Source: Puniceicoccaceae bacterium
Lineage (GTDB): Bacteria; Verrucomicrobiota; Verrucomicrobiia; Opitutales; Oceanipulchritudinaceae
NCBI GenBank assembly: GCA_040830765.1
Contig: JBFOMH010000015.1
Location: 16,424-80,423, forward strand
DNA: 64,000 nt
Direction: 5' to 3'
Under the pieces are notes generated by a model that was given only the letters and a program-made list of their open reading frames with translations, did not search any database and was not told the origin of the DNA. Position numbers and translations under genes: made by a program. Positions within the stretch are counted from its first letter, which is position 1, and every line of letters starts with the position of its first letter. Shown piece after piece: positions 48,416-57,968 of the stretch.

Positions 48416-48958
48416 TTATTCGTCCTCCTCGTCGGTGATAACCGCAATTTCAGCGGGATGGAGGGACTCGAGGAATTCGCGGGTACCACTCTCGGAGAAA
48501 AGCTCGTCCCCGGCCTCGATGACCACGGCAAACTTGTCATCCGTAAGATGACGGAACTTGTCGTAGTTCATGACCGGATGGTGGTGCATCGGCAGCCGGT
48601 TGGTGATGAACATCCCGCCCAGCGTCCCGAAGGCAGCCAGGAGAATGGTCAGCTCATAAGCCACCGGGAAGGGGAAAATCGGGCTGAAGAAGGGCTTGCC
48701 GCCGACAATCAGGGGGTAATCGAACTGCCCCATGTACCAGGCGACGAACATGCCGGTGAAGAAGCCGATGATGCCGCCACAAAGGGTGAAGGCCGGTACC
48801 TTGGAACGGCGCAGGCCCATGGCCCCGTCCAGTCCGTGGACCGGGAACGGCGTGAAGACATCCCACTTCTTGAAGCCGGCCTCGCGCACGCTCTTGGCAG
48901 CATGGTAAATTGCCGGTGCCGACTCGAAAAGGGCTAGATATCCGTATTGTTTGCTCAT
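48416..48958 (-). CDS. actD: Alternative complex III subunit ActD (DUF3341)
   Basis: FTPFPVHGLD, YPLIVGGKP, PVAYELTIL, TDDKF. Confidence 0.92.
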   Translation of the reverse strand: MSKQYGYLALFESAPAIYHAAKSVREAGFKKWDVFTPFPVHGLDGAMGLRRSKVPAFTLCGGIIGFFTGMFVAWYMGQFDYPLIVGGKPFFSPIFPFPVAYELTILLAAFGTLGGMFITNRLPMHHHPVMNYDKFRHLTDDKFAVVIEAGDELFSESGTREFLESLHPAEIAVITDEEDE

Positions 48959-48976
48959 GGTATCGAATCCCCGAAA

Positions 48977-50473
48977 TTAATGGTGCCCGTGTACATCCGC
49001 CTGCTTGGAGACGGACTTGATTTCAGCGAAGGCCAACAGGGGCAGGAATCGCACAAATAGGAGGAAAAGAACCCCGAAGACCCCGAAGGTCCCGAAGAAG
49101 GTGAAAATGTCGACGATGGTCGGGCTGAAGTAGTCCCAGTTCGCCGGCAGGAAGTCGTTGGCCAGCGAGGTCACCGTAATGACAAAGCGTTCGAACCACA
49201 TACCGACGTTGATGAAGCAGGAGAGAATCCAGACCAGCCAGAGGTTCTCGCGGGCCCATTTGAACCAGAAGAACTGCGGCGTGATGACGTTGCAGGAAAT
49301 CATGATCCAATAGGCCCAGGCGTAAGGTCCGAAAGCCCGGTTGACGAAAGCAAAGCCTTCGTAGGGGTTGGCCCCGTACCAGGCGATGAAGAACTCCATC
49401 CCGTAGGCGTAGCCGACCATGGAACCGGTCGCGAGGCAGATTTTGCACATGCAGTCGATGTGGTACTGCGTGATCAGGTCCTGTAGACCGAAGATGGCCC
49501 GCAGAGGCAGCATCAGGGTCAGAACCATCCCAAAACCGGAGAAGATGGCCCCGGCGACGAAGTATGGCGGGAAGATGGTGGTGTGCCAGCCGGGAAGGTT
49601 GGCCACCGCAAAGTCAAAGGAAACGACCGTGTGCACGGATAGCACCAGCGGCGTGCTCAGTCCGGCGAGGAGCAGGTAGGCCATTTCATAGTTGCTCCAG
49701 TGGCGGTTGGAACCACGCCAGCCCATGGCAAGGATGCCGTAGAAGTACTTACGGAAGCCGAAGTAGAACGTCTCGAAGAACTTCTGGAAGGCCGTCTTGG
49801 CCTTGGCCATGCGCTCCTCGAAAATCATCGGGACGCGGTCCCGGATAGTCGCCAGGTCAGGAATCATCCCCATGTACCAGAAGAGCACGGAAACCGTTCC
49901 GTAGGTCGAGACCGCGAAGACGTCCCACTCGAGGGGCGAACGGAAATTCGGCCAGATGGCATTGGCATTCGGCAGCGGGAATAGCCACCACGCAAACCAG
50001 ACCCGACCGACGTGGAAGAGCGGGAAGATCCCCGCACAGATAACCGCGAAAATGGTCATTGCCTCAGCCGCCCGGTTGATCGAGGTCCGCCATTTCTGTT
50101 TTAAGAGACAAAGAATGGCGGAAATGAGCGTCCCGGCGTGACCAATACCAATCCAGAAAACGAAGTTGACGATGGCCCATCCCCAGAAGACCGGATTGCG
50201 CAGGCCCCAGACCCCCGTACCGGTGGAGACGAGGTAAATCAGCCCCATGAGGGTGAAGCTGGCTACCATCGCGGACACCACAAAGGCGACCCACCACCAC
50301 ATGGGCGTGCGTCCCTCGACGATGCCGCAGACCTTCTGCGTGATCCAGGTGAAGTTTCGGTTGTTCTCAATGATGGGCCGGCGGGGCATGCTGGCCGGGC
50401 GTACCTCTTCGAGGACACTCGGCCCGGCAAACGTGCCGGTGGCCTGAGAGGGTTGATCTGCTGTCGTGCTCAA
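48977..50473 (-). CDS. actC: Alternative complex III quinol-oxidising subunit ActC (NrfD family)
   Basis: [67 protein letters not shown]. Confidence 0.95.
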   Translation of the reverse strand: MSTTADQPSQATGTFAGPSVLEEVRPASMPRRPIIENNRNFTWITQKVCGIVEGRTPMWWWVAFVVSAMVASFTLMGLIYLVSTGTGVWGLRNPVFWGWAIVNFVFWIGIGHAGTLISAILCLLKQKWRTSINRAAEAMTIFAVICAGIFPLFHVGRVWFAWWLFPLPNANAIWPNFRSPLEWDVFAVSTYGTVSVLFWYMGMIPDLATIRDRVPMIFEERMAKAKTAFQKFFETFYFGFRKYFYGILAMGWRGSNRHWSNYEMAYLLLAGLSTPLVLSVHTVVSFDFAVANLPGWHTTIFPPYFVAGAIFSGFGMVLTLMLPLRAIFGLQDLITQYHIDCMCKICLATGSMVGYAYGMEFFIAWYGANPYEGFAFVNRAFGPYAWAYWIMISCNVITPQFFWFKWARENLWLVWILSCFINVGMWFERFVITVTSLANDFLPANWDYFSPTIVDIFTFFGTFGVFGVLFLLFVRFLPLLAFAEIKSVSKQADVHGHH

Positions 50474-50505
50474 AACGTCTTCCCGATTAAGGTTAAGAAT
50501 TCAAA

Positions 50506-53500
50506 TTAGTGGCCCCCGTCGCCATCATGGCTCTCGTCGCCGTGGTAAGCATCCTTGGAGGTCGCCTGGACGCTCTTGTACTCCTTCCGGCTGAGTGCCT
50601 TGTCGTAGTCCGGCATCAGCGGGTTCGGGTTGCGCAGGCGGGCCAGGTAGGTGGTCCGTGGGCGCGTGTTCAGGTATCCGAGGAGGGAGTAGTTACGGTC
50701 GTTCTCCTTCATCAGGGAAACAGCGCTCTTGGCATCGCTGACATCCCCGAAGACAATCGCTTCACTCGGGCAAGCCGACTGGCAAGCCGTACGGATTATG
50801 CCGTCCGGGACATTGATATTGTTGTCCCCCTTAGCCACGACGCGCTGGGCTATCTTGGCCTGCTCGATGCGCTGCACACAATAGGTACACTTTTCCATGA
50901 CCCCGCGCATACGGACGGTCACGTCCGGATTCTTCTGCATCGACTTGAGGGCAGCCCCTTCCGTCTTGTACTGGTTCGTGCCGATCGGACCGGCGTAAAA
51001 CTCGTCTGTGCTCCGCTTGTTGTAATCGAAGAAATTGAAACGACGGACCTTGTAGGGACAGTTGTTGGCGCAGTAACGGGTACCGACACAACGGTTGTAG
51101 GCCATCACGTTGAGACCCTGGTTGTCGTGGACGGTCGCGTTGACCGGACAAACCTGCTCACAGGGGGCCATCTCACAATGGAGACAGCCGACCGGCATGA
51201 TGGAGGCCTGCGGGTCGGAGGGCAGGGAGTGCCGGTTGGCTTCCAGATCGCCTGAGCTGTAGTAGCGGTCGAGGCGGATCCAGTGCATTTCACGGCCCCG
51301 CATGATCTGGTCCTTGCCGACAATCGGAATGTTGTTCTCGCTCTGACAGGCAACGACACAGGCATTACAGCCGGTACAGCTGTTCAGGTCGATGCTCATG
51401 CCCCACTGCTGCTCGGGAATAAACTTGGCCCGGGCCTCGGGGTCCTTCCAGACATCAACATTCGGCGGCGGGGCACCAAAGTCAGGGGTCTCGTAGGAAG
51501 AGCCGCCACGCGGCGTGCTCAGGGCCTTTTCCTGGGCCGACATGCCCTTGTCATGGCCGTAGACCGGCGGACTGTGGCTCTCCATGCCCATGTGGGCGAC
51601 AAACTTGGCGTCCTCCATGTAGGTCTTGACGTTGCCTTCGCGGAGGATGGCGCGGCCTTCCATGGACCAGTGCTCCTGGGTGTTGGCGAGGCGGTAGCCC
51701 TCACCGGTCAAGGTCAGCTGACCGCCATTGCGGATAAGGCCCTCACCGGACCGGCTCAGCGGATAGGCATTGAATCCGGTCCCCTTGCCGACACGCCCGA
51801 CTTGCAGGCGACCGTAGCCGAGAGGAAGCACCACTGTCCAGTCATCCAGACCCGGCTGGATGTGCACGGGACCACGGACGGTCACTCCATCGACAACCAG
51901 CTCGGCGATACGGGATTCCTCGCGGCCACGCTTGAAATTAGAGGACTTCTTGGAAACCCCTCCGATGAGGAAGTCGCCCGCCTTGGTATCAAAACCCAGA
52001 TGGGTCGCAAGGGCGGGGGAAATCATGATCGCATTGTCCCAAGTCAGCTTGGTGATCGGGTCCGGACATTCCTGCAGCCAGCCGTTGTTGTTGTAGAAGC
52101 CGGTTCCGACAGAATTGTCGGGAACAAGCCGGACTTCCAGATTGGTGGCGGTGGTCGTTCGGGAGCCGAGGGTCCCGCGGGAAAGGTTTTCCTGGATTTC
52201 CGAAACCCGGATATCACCGGCCTTGAAAGTGCGGAAACTGGATTCCGGTAGAAAGCCGGTGGCCAAAAGGCGCTTGAAGGCCTTGTCGGCATTGCCGGTT
52301 GAGGCGTACTCACCGGTAAAGGTCTCAAGGACCATTCCATAGGCATCAGCGACACCCAGCCCGGCCAGGCGGGCGAGTATTTCGAGGTCCTGGAAGCTGT
52401 CGAAGAGCGGCAGGATCATCGGCTGGATCGGAACGTAGGTCCCGTCGAGCGTGCGTCCGTCACTCCAGGATTCCAGGTAATGCGTAGCGGCGATGTTGAT
52501 GTTCGCCTCGATACTCGTCTCGTCAAAGTAGTAGCCGTGCCGGATGACTTCCGGGACCGACTTTTGCAGGGCCTTCCAGTCGAGGTCGGCCGGTGCGTCG
52601 TAGACCGGGTTGCCTCCGAGAACCAGTAGACTCTCGATCTTTCCTTCACGAATGGCGGTAGCCAGTTCACCAAGGGAGCTGGATTCATCCTTGGGCAATT
52701 CGGCATATTCAACCGTCTTGCCGTTGGCGGCGATCAGCTGGTTGGCATAAATGGCCAGTTGCTGGGCCTCGACCGGCAGGTGACTGCCCGGGACAACGAC
52801 CCCGTAGCCACCGTGCTCAAGCAGGTCGCGAGCACATTCGCGAATCCAGTTGGCGTCGACCGGCAGGCTGCCGGCGCGTTGCTTGAGGAACGAACCCAGG
52901 CGCGGATCTCCGCCACCAAGCTCCAGCAGGTCGGCGACCAGCAGGGAAAGGAATGCGGTCATGTTACCGGTGGACAAGCGGAGGCGGTGGTCGCCCATGG
53001 TCCCGGTAACCGAAAAGGCCGATTCCACAACATAAAGCCGGTTCATCTTTTTGGCCTCGGCCTGGTCCTTGACCTTACGGCCTTTGTTGAAGGCGCGGGC
53101 CATGCCAACGCTGCCCGGCTCCCCGTTGAGGAAGTCGGCATCGACACTGAGGACCCGCTTTGCCTTCTCCAACTTGTAGAGAGGACGAAGGGGGCGTCCA
53201 AACAGGTTGCTTGCGGCCCGCTCCGGATTGTCGGCATCCGCCGGGCTGTATTCCGCCCAGACGAGGCGCGGGTAGGTCTTCTGCAAAAGCTTCTTCAGCC
53301 GCAGGCGGGTCGGAGAACTGGACGGCTCCGCGAGGATGGCCAGCCCTTGTCCCTTGGTCGGGCTGAACTTTGCCGTCAGGCCGGCAAGGACATCCTTGAT
53401 CCGCTCAGAGGAGACGCGGCGGTTACCCTCGTAGGACGAGGTCATCCGGTCCGGATCGTAGAGATTCAAAACCGAGGCCGAAGCATAACGGTTGACCGCG

Positions 53501-53904
53501 CCGCCATAAGGCAGGAAGTCCCGGTTCCCTTCAATATGTGTGGGGCGGTGCTGGTGCGTCTCCACGACCAGTGGCAAGTTATCCTTACCATCCGGGAAGG
53601 AGGTCGTGAAGTAGACCGGAATTCCGGGGATGGTCCCCTCGGGCTGCTTGCTGTAGGGAAGGATGTTCTGCTCCGGACGGCGGCAACCGGCAGCGCCCAT
53701 TCCCGCAACCGCAAAGGAGGCGGCCATGATTTTCAGGAAATTGCGCCGGTTGACTCCGTCCATTTCGGAAGCCCCTTCCGGGAATTCGCGATGGAGCCAG
53801 TCCTTGAAAGCGGGCTTGTCAGCCAACTCGTCCAAGCTGCGCCAGTAATGCGGTCCGGCCTTGTCGGCGGAGTTCGATTCGGAATGATTCATTTCGGGAT
53901 TCAT
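50506..53904 (-). CDS. actB: Alternative complex III ActB (molybdopterin-oxidoreductase-like domain fused to FeS domain, Tat signal)
   Basis: YWRSLDEL, NRRNFLK Tat motif, AGC; CTGCNACVVAC, CLHC..APCEQVC, CVGTRYCANNC, CTYC; ATG 53904 overlaps the actA stop. Confidence 0.93.
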   Translation of the reverse strand: MNPEMNHSESNSADKAGPHYWRSLDELADKPAFKDWLHREFPEGASEMDGVNRRNFLKIMAASFAVAGMGAAGCRRPEQNILPYSKQPEGTIPGIPVYFTTSFPDGKDNLPLVVETHQHRPTHIEGNRDFLPYGGAVNRYASASVLNLYDPDRMTSSYEGNRRVSSERIKDVLAGLTAKFSPTKGQGLAILAEPSSSPTRLRLKKLLQKTYPRLVWAEYSPADADNPERAASNLFGRPLRPLYKLEKAKRVLSVDADFLNGEPGSVGMARAFNKGRKVKDQAEAKKMNRLYVVESAFSVTGTMGDHRLRLSTGNMTAFLSLLVADLLELGGGDPRLGSFLKQRAGSLPVDANWIRECARDLLEHGGYGVVVPGSHLPVEAQQLAIYANQLIAANGKTVEYAELPKDESSSLGELATAIREGKIESLLVLGGNPVYDAPADLDWKALQKSVPEVIRHGYYFDETSIEANINIAATHYLESWSDGRTLDGTYVPIQPMILPLFDSFQDLEILARLAGLGVADAYGMVLETFTGEYASTGNADKAFKRLLATGFLPESSFRTFKAGDIRVSEIQENLSRGTLGSRTTTATNLEVRLVPDNSVGTGFYNNNGWLQECPDPITKLTWDNAIMISPALATHLGFDTKAGDFLIGGVSKKSSNFKRGREESRIAELVVDGVTVRGPVHIQPGLDDWTVVLPLGYGRLQVGRVGKGTGFNAYPLSRSGEGLIRNGGQLTLTGEGYRLANTQEHWSMEGRAILREGNVKTYMEDAKFVAHMGMESHSPPVYGHDKGMSAQEKALSTPRGGSSYETPDFGAPPPNVDVWKDPEARAKFIPEQQWGMSIDLNSCTGCNACVVACQSENNIPIVGKDQIMRGREMHWIRLDRYYSSGDLEANRHSLPSDPQASIMPVGCLHCEMAPCEQVCPVNATVHDNQGLNVMAYNRCVGTRYCANNCPYKVRRFNFFDYNKRSTDEFYAGPIGTNQYKTEGAALKSMQKNPDVTVRMRGVMEKCTYCVQRIEQAKIAQRVVAKGDNNINVPDGIIRTACQSACPSEAIVFGDVSDAKSAVSLMKENDRNYSLLGYLNTRPRTTYLARLRNPNPLMPDYDKALSRKEYKSVQATSKDAYHGDESHDGDGGH

Positions 53905-54554
53905 CGGTGGCAGCCAGAGCAGCTCTGCGGCGGGTTGACGTTCCAATCGATAACAGCCTCCCGGGCCCATTCTTCATGGGCTGCTTCGTTTTCGGGAGTC
54001 CAGTTCAGGTTATACACTTCGTCCAGCGGGCGGATGAATTCCTCCGGGTTACGGTGGCAATCGAGGCAGAAGGCCATCGAAAGCGGCTCCGCGTGGTAGA
54101 CGGTCTCCATCTTGTTGATTTCCCCATGGCACTCGACGCAGCTGATGCCACGATTCACGTGGACGGCGTGGTTGAAGTAAACGTAGTCCGGAACCTTGTG
54201 AATACGGACCCACTCAACCGGTTCTCCGGTCTCATAGCTGGTCCGGATGGGTTCCAGCAGCGGGCTGTCCTTTTTCACCTGGCTGTGGCAGTTCATGCAG
54301 GTCGCGGCATCCGGCACGTTGGCATGCCCGGATTCGTCGACATGGCTGTGGCAGTAGCGGCAGTCGATACCCAGCTGCTCGGCGTGCAGGTAGTGGTTGT
54401 AGGCCACCGGCTGCTTCGGGGCATACCCAACCCGTGAATATTTAGGTGTGAAATAGTACGTGACTCCCGCCACGACCGAACCACCGAGAACGAGTACCGC
54501 CACAATCACTTTCAGCGGTACCGCATTGGACCATTTGGGAAATAAATTCGCCAT
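53901..54554 (-). CDS. actA: Alternative complex III pentaheme cytochrome c ActA
   Basis: Five CxxCH motifs (CRYCH, CMNCH, CVECH, CLDCH, CSGCH), N-terminal TM helix, PDYVYFNHAVH. Confidence 0.95.
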   Translation of the reverse strand: MANLFPKWSNAVPLKVIVAVLVLGGSVVAGVTYYFTPKYSRVGYAPKQPVAYNHYLHAEQLGIDCRYCHSHVDESGHANVPDAATCMNCHSQVKKDSPLLEPIRTSYETGEPVEWVRIHKVPDYVYFNHAVHVNRGISCVECHGEINKMETVYHAEPLSMAFCLDCHRNPEEFIRPLDEVYNLNWTPENEAAHEEWAREAVIDWNVNPPQSCSGCHR

Positions 54555-54578
54555 CAGAAAAACCCTCGTTTCAGGCTG

Positions 54579-54770
54579 TTAAAGTTTCCGGCTGGAACAG
54601 GGAACGGCGCGCGGATCCTGACGGACCCGTTCATTCTCCCGCAGGCCACTATTCACGCTGCCTGTAGTCGATTGGGGTGGGTTGTTTCCAGTCCGGAAAC
54701 CCACCATGCCCAAAGCGGCCGCCCCCAAGGAGACGATAAACGATTTTCGACGCAATTTTTCCTCTGCCAT
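54579..54770 (-). CDS. Small protein with twin-arginine-like N-terminus
   Basis: LRRKSFIVSLGAAALGMVG; AAGGA-like RBS; ends 24 nt before actA. Confidence 0.55.
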   Translation of the reverse strand: MAEEKLRRKSFIVSLGAAALGMVGFRTGNNPPQSTTGSVNSGLRENERVRQDPRAVPCSSRKL

Positions 54771-54942
54771 AATCCTTTTCAGCCTGATAAAAATCCCTCA
54801 TCGCGACAAGAGAAACACTCTAGTCCAAATTGGGGGATAGTGGTCTTCTGAAGGAATCAAGTGCGAACGCAACAGAAAATTCCGCCTCGAGGGCAGTTTT
54901 TAGGCACCCTTAAGCGTTTCTAATCATCTTTAAAAGTGCTTC

Positions 54943-56922
54943 TTATTCGCCAAGTCCAGCGACCTTGAGAGAGCGAAAGGTAACAACGGCGGAGGAGCCG
55001 ACCATAAGGAGGGCGGCCACGACTGGATGGAGGATACCGGCGGCGGCGAGGCTCATCCCAAAAAGATTGTACATCAGGGCGAAGAGGAGATTGCCCCGCA
55101 AGCTGTGCTTGAGGCGCCGGGCATGCCGCATGGAACCCGGCAGGGCGCCGATACGCCCGCCGACCAGCAGGCCGTCAGCGAACTCAGTGGCGAGGGCGGC
55201 TCCGAGATCGATGGCGAGGGACGCATCGCTGGCCTGCATGGCCGGCAAATCGTTGATTCCGTCCCCGACGAAAAGAACGCCCTTCCCTGTCCCGCAATGG
55301 CGTCGAATCCAGGCTGCCTTGGCCTCCGGGCTGAGGCCGCCATGGACCGGAACCGCGGCAATCTCCTCCCGCGCAGGTGCTGGATCGCCACTCAAAACAT
55401 GGCACTGGCACCCCATGGACTGAAGGGCCTCGAGCGTGGATTCAGCCTCGGAGCGCAGGTGTTCGGTGAGGAAAAGCGTTCCGGCATGCACGCTGTCGAC
55501 AGCGACCTGAACCGGCTTCCCTCCCCTCTCCGGTACGGGATCCAGCTGAATTCCCCTGGAGGTGAGAAGGCTTGATTCACCGATTAACAGATGGTGCCCC
55601 CCAACGCTGGCCTCCAGACCCTGGCCGGGATGGATCCTCAAGTCGCGGACCAATTCGAGGGGCTCGGCAAGGGAGGCGAGGGCCACGCTCACAGGGTGCT
55701 GGCTTTCCTTTCCAACGGCAGCAATCGCGGCCAGCAACCAGTCCTTATTGGCATTTGTGGCTGCCAGATGACGGCAGTCGGCAGCCAGTTCGAACCGGCT
55801 CAGGGTGCCGGTCTTGTCAAAGATGACCGTGTCGGCGTCAGCCAATATATCCAGCAGGTGGCCATTCCTGCCGACAATTCCCCGTTGGCTCAGGTAATAC
55901 AAGCCCCCCCAGATGCCTGCCGGCATGGCCAGTCCGAGGGCACAGGGGCAGGCCACAAGCAGGACCGCCATGGCATTAAAGAGGGCATCCCACCATGCCT
56001 GGTCCGATAACAGCATCCATCCGGCGAATGTGGAGACAGCGGTCAAGCCGACAACCGGAACAAAGACCTGCATCAACCGGTCGGCAGCGGCCTGGAGATT
56101 GGAGACCCGGGTCGGGATGCGTTCAATCAGGCTGAGTATGCGGTCGATGGTCCGGTCCTTTTGCACCTCGGGCTGGATGATGAAGCTTCCTTCAAGTGAC
56201 CAGGTTCCCGCCATGACCCCGTTTCCCGCTTGCTTGCTTACAGGAGCCGGTTCGCCGGTCAAGGTGGTCTCACGGACATAACCCGAGCCCTCCAGGATGA
56301 GGCCGTCCACTGCAATGGGATCTCCCGCCTGGATCAGGACCCGGTCGGCATCCTGCAAGGATTGTACCGGAATTCTCACCCGGCTCCCATCCGGCCGCTC
56401 CACCATTGCCGTGTCAAAAGCATCCCGGAAAGAGGCAATCGCCTCCATGACCCGGCCTTTCTGGACAACCCCCATCTGCTTGCCGATGGCATAGACGCAG
56501 AGGACAATGGAGACCACCTCGTAGTAGACACTTCCCTCCCCGCGGATGGAGGAAAGCAGGGAGCCCCCAAAAGCCCCAAATGCGCTCAGGACAAAGAGTG
56601 CCTCGACAGTTATACGGCGGGCCGCCACGGCTTCGGCGGTATGCCGCAACAATGGCCGGCCCAGCAGGAATACCACCGCGAGTGCGGAAAAGACGAGACC
56701 CCCATGGAGGAACCAGTAAACGGCTGTGCCGGGGGCCGGGGCCTCGCCGGCTTGCAAGGCATTGTTATAGCCAAGCCCGAAAATCATCCCCTGTCCCGCC
56801 AGGGCAAGGGCGATCCCAATGCGAAATCCAAATGACGAATCCGTCTGCGGTCCAGGTTCACAGGGCTGGCAGTCTGGCTGCCTTTCCATTTTTGAACGCT
56901 GGTTGATGGGGATTTTCGTCAT
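54943..56922 (-). CDS. Cu-type P1B ATPase (CcoI/FixI-like)
   Basis: LTGE, ACPCALGLA, DKTGT, HP, GDGIND, YN, M..SS; N-terminal CQPC; next to the cbb3 locus. Confidence 0.88.
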   Translation of the reverse strand: MTKIPINQRSKMERQPDCQPCEPGPQTDSSFGFRIGIALALAGQGMIFGLGYNNALQAGEAPAPGTAVYWFLHGGLVFSALAVVFLLGRPLLRHTAEAVAARRITVEALFVLSAFGAFGGSLLSSIRGEGSVYYEVVSIVLCVYAIGKQMGVVQKGRVMEAIASFRDAFDTAMVERPDGSRVRIPVQSLQDADRVLIQAGDPIAVDGLILEGSGYVRETTLTGEPAPVSKQAGNGVMAGTWSLEGSFIIQPEVQKDRTIDRILSLIERIPTRVSNLQAAADRLMQVFVPVVGLTAVSTFAGWMLLSDQAWWDALFNAMAVLLVACPCALGLAMPAGIWGGLYYLSQRGIVGRNGHLLDILADADTVIFDKTGTLSRFELAADCRHLAATNANKDWLLAAIAAVGKESQHPVSVALASLAEPLELVRDLRIHPGQGLEASVGGHHLLIGESSLLTSRGIQLDPVPERGGKPVQVAVDSVHAGTLFLTEHLRSEAESTLEALQSMGCQCHVLSGDPAPAREEIAAVPVHGGLSPEAKAAWIRRHCGTGKGVLFVGDGINDLPAMQASDASLAIDLGAALATEFADGLLVGGRIGALPGSMRHARRLKHSLRGNLLFALMYNLFGMSLAAAGILHPVVAALLMVGSSAVVTFRSLKVAGLGE

Positions 56923-56945
56923 CGGACTATTTGGAAGAAAAAGTA

Positions 56946-56961
56946 TGGCACAGGTGCTGCT
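56946..56961 (+). promoter_or_regulatory. Putative sigma54 promoter
   Basis: TGGCAC-AGGTG-CTGCT (GG-N10-GC) ending 56 nt before ATG 57018. Confidence 0.45.
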
Positions 56962-57017
56962 TGCCAGTTGATTTGCAAAGTAATCCTGCTAAAATAACCG
57001 ACCTATCTTCAAACAGC

Positions 57018-57464
57018 ATGCAAGAAAAAGCAAAAGTGGAGGAAATTGCCTCAGGCAAATCGAACGGTTCCCCGGGCCAGCGACTGGCTTGGCTCAACGC
57101 GCTGGAAACGTTTCCCAGTCTGGAGGGACCCAACATGGACCTTCTGCTTAAGGCCATCCATTCGCCGGAAGTGGCCCGAATGCTGGGTCTGTTCCTGTCA
57201 CGGGATGAACACTCCGAGCCCGCCCTGGCGGCCTTCATGGAACAGGTGGACGAATCGGAGGAGTCCCTTGAGGAATGGCTCAAGGCCTTTGAAGTGTTTG
57301 CCTGCTTTATCGAGTCGACCGCCCACCGGCCATCCTTGAGCCAGGCCCGGGGTTACCTGCATTGCTGTGCCACGGTTGCCCATACCGGGAGCAGCTATGC
57401 GACGTTTCCCATGGCAGTGGAAACCATGCTGGAGACCTATGGCTACAAGGGGGAAGAGGACTGA
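57018..57464 (+). CDS. Hypothetical protein
   Basis: 148-aa acidic helical ORF with GYLHCC and YGY motifs; fills the gap between the ATPase and doxX. Confidence 0.7.
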   Translation: MQEKAKVEEIASGKSNGSPGQRLAWLNALETFPSLEGPNMDLLLKAIHSPEVARMLGLFLSRDEHSEPALAAFMEQVDESEESLEEWLKAFEVFACFIESTAHRPSLSQARGYLHCCATVAHTGSSYATFPMAVETMLETYGYKGEED

Positions 57465-57478
57465 CTAGGCCGACCGCC

Positions 57479-57916
57479 CTACTCTTTCATCAGGGCAAAC
57501 TTACCCGGTCCAGTGAACAACAATCCCAAGAGAACCAGGCCAATCACCATCGGATAACCATATTTGGTCAGGTCACCCCCACTGGTGTCGATCATCATCA
57601 AGGTGGCCACCAGCATTGTCATGAGGAGGAAAAAGGCCGATGTGCGGAAAAGGATTCCCACGATGAGAAACAGCCCACCGGCCAACTCCACCCCCGCCGC
57701 AAGAACCCCGAAAAACATCGTGGAGAGGTTATTGGTCCCCACATCCATGCCGAGGTACTTGATATTGGCCCCGACCGCATGCAGGGTTGTTTCACCACCC
57801 ATGAACTTGTTGTATCCAGCAATGGCGAGGACAATCCCGACGCCGAGGCGGATGATCACCAGACCCAGGTCCGGATGGCGGAAGAGTGATTTGATACCTT
57901 GAATCCCCGTCTTCAT
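57479..57916 (-). CDS. DoxX family membrane protein
   Basis: LVIIRLGVG...GYNK, ELAGGLFLIVG..FR, GPGKFAL. Confidence 0.88.
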   Translation of the reverse strand: MKTGIQGIKSLFRHPDLGLVIIRLGVGIVLAIAGYNKFMGGETTLHAVGANIKYLGMDVGTNNLSTMFFGVLAAGVELAGGLFLIVGILFRTSAFFLLMTMLVATLMMIDTSGGDLTKYGYPMVIGLVLLGLLFTGPGKFALMKE

Positions 57917-57968
57917 TTGCTGTAGCCTTTGTTGAGTTTATCCGAAAGGTTAAAAAAAGACGCCCGGA

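Noticed and set aside
50506..53904. ActB as an active molybdoenzyme (anaerobic reductase)
   Set aside because: Context and architecture match ACIII ActB, which is established to lack the Mo cofactor
53905..53970. Longer actB start at 53970
   Set aside because: Lies within actA; the ATGA overlap at 53904 is the natural coupled start
54847..54860. Possible FNR box upstream of the ACIII operon
   Set aside because: Only the ATCAA half-site matches; the other half does not fit TTGAT-N4-ATCAA
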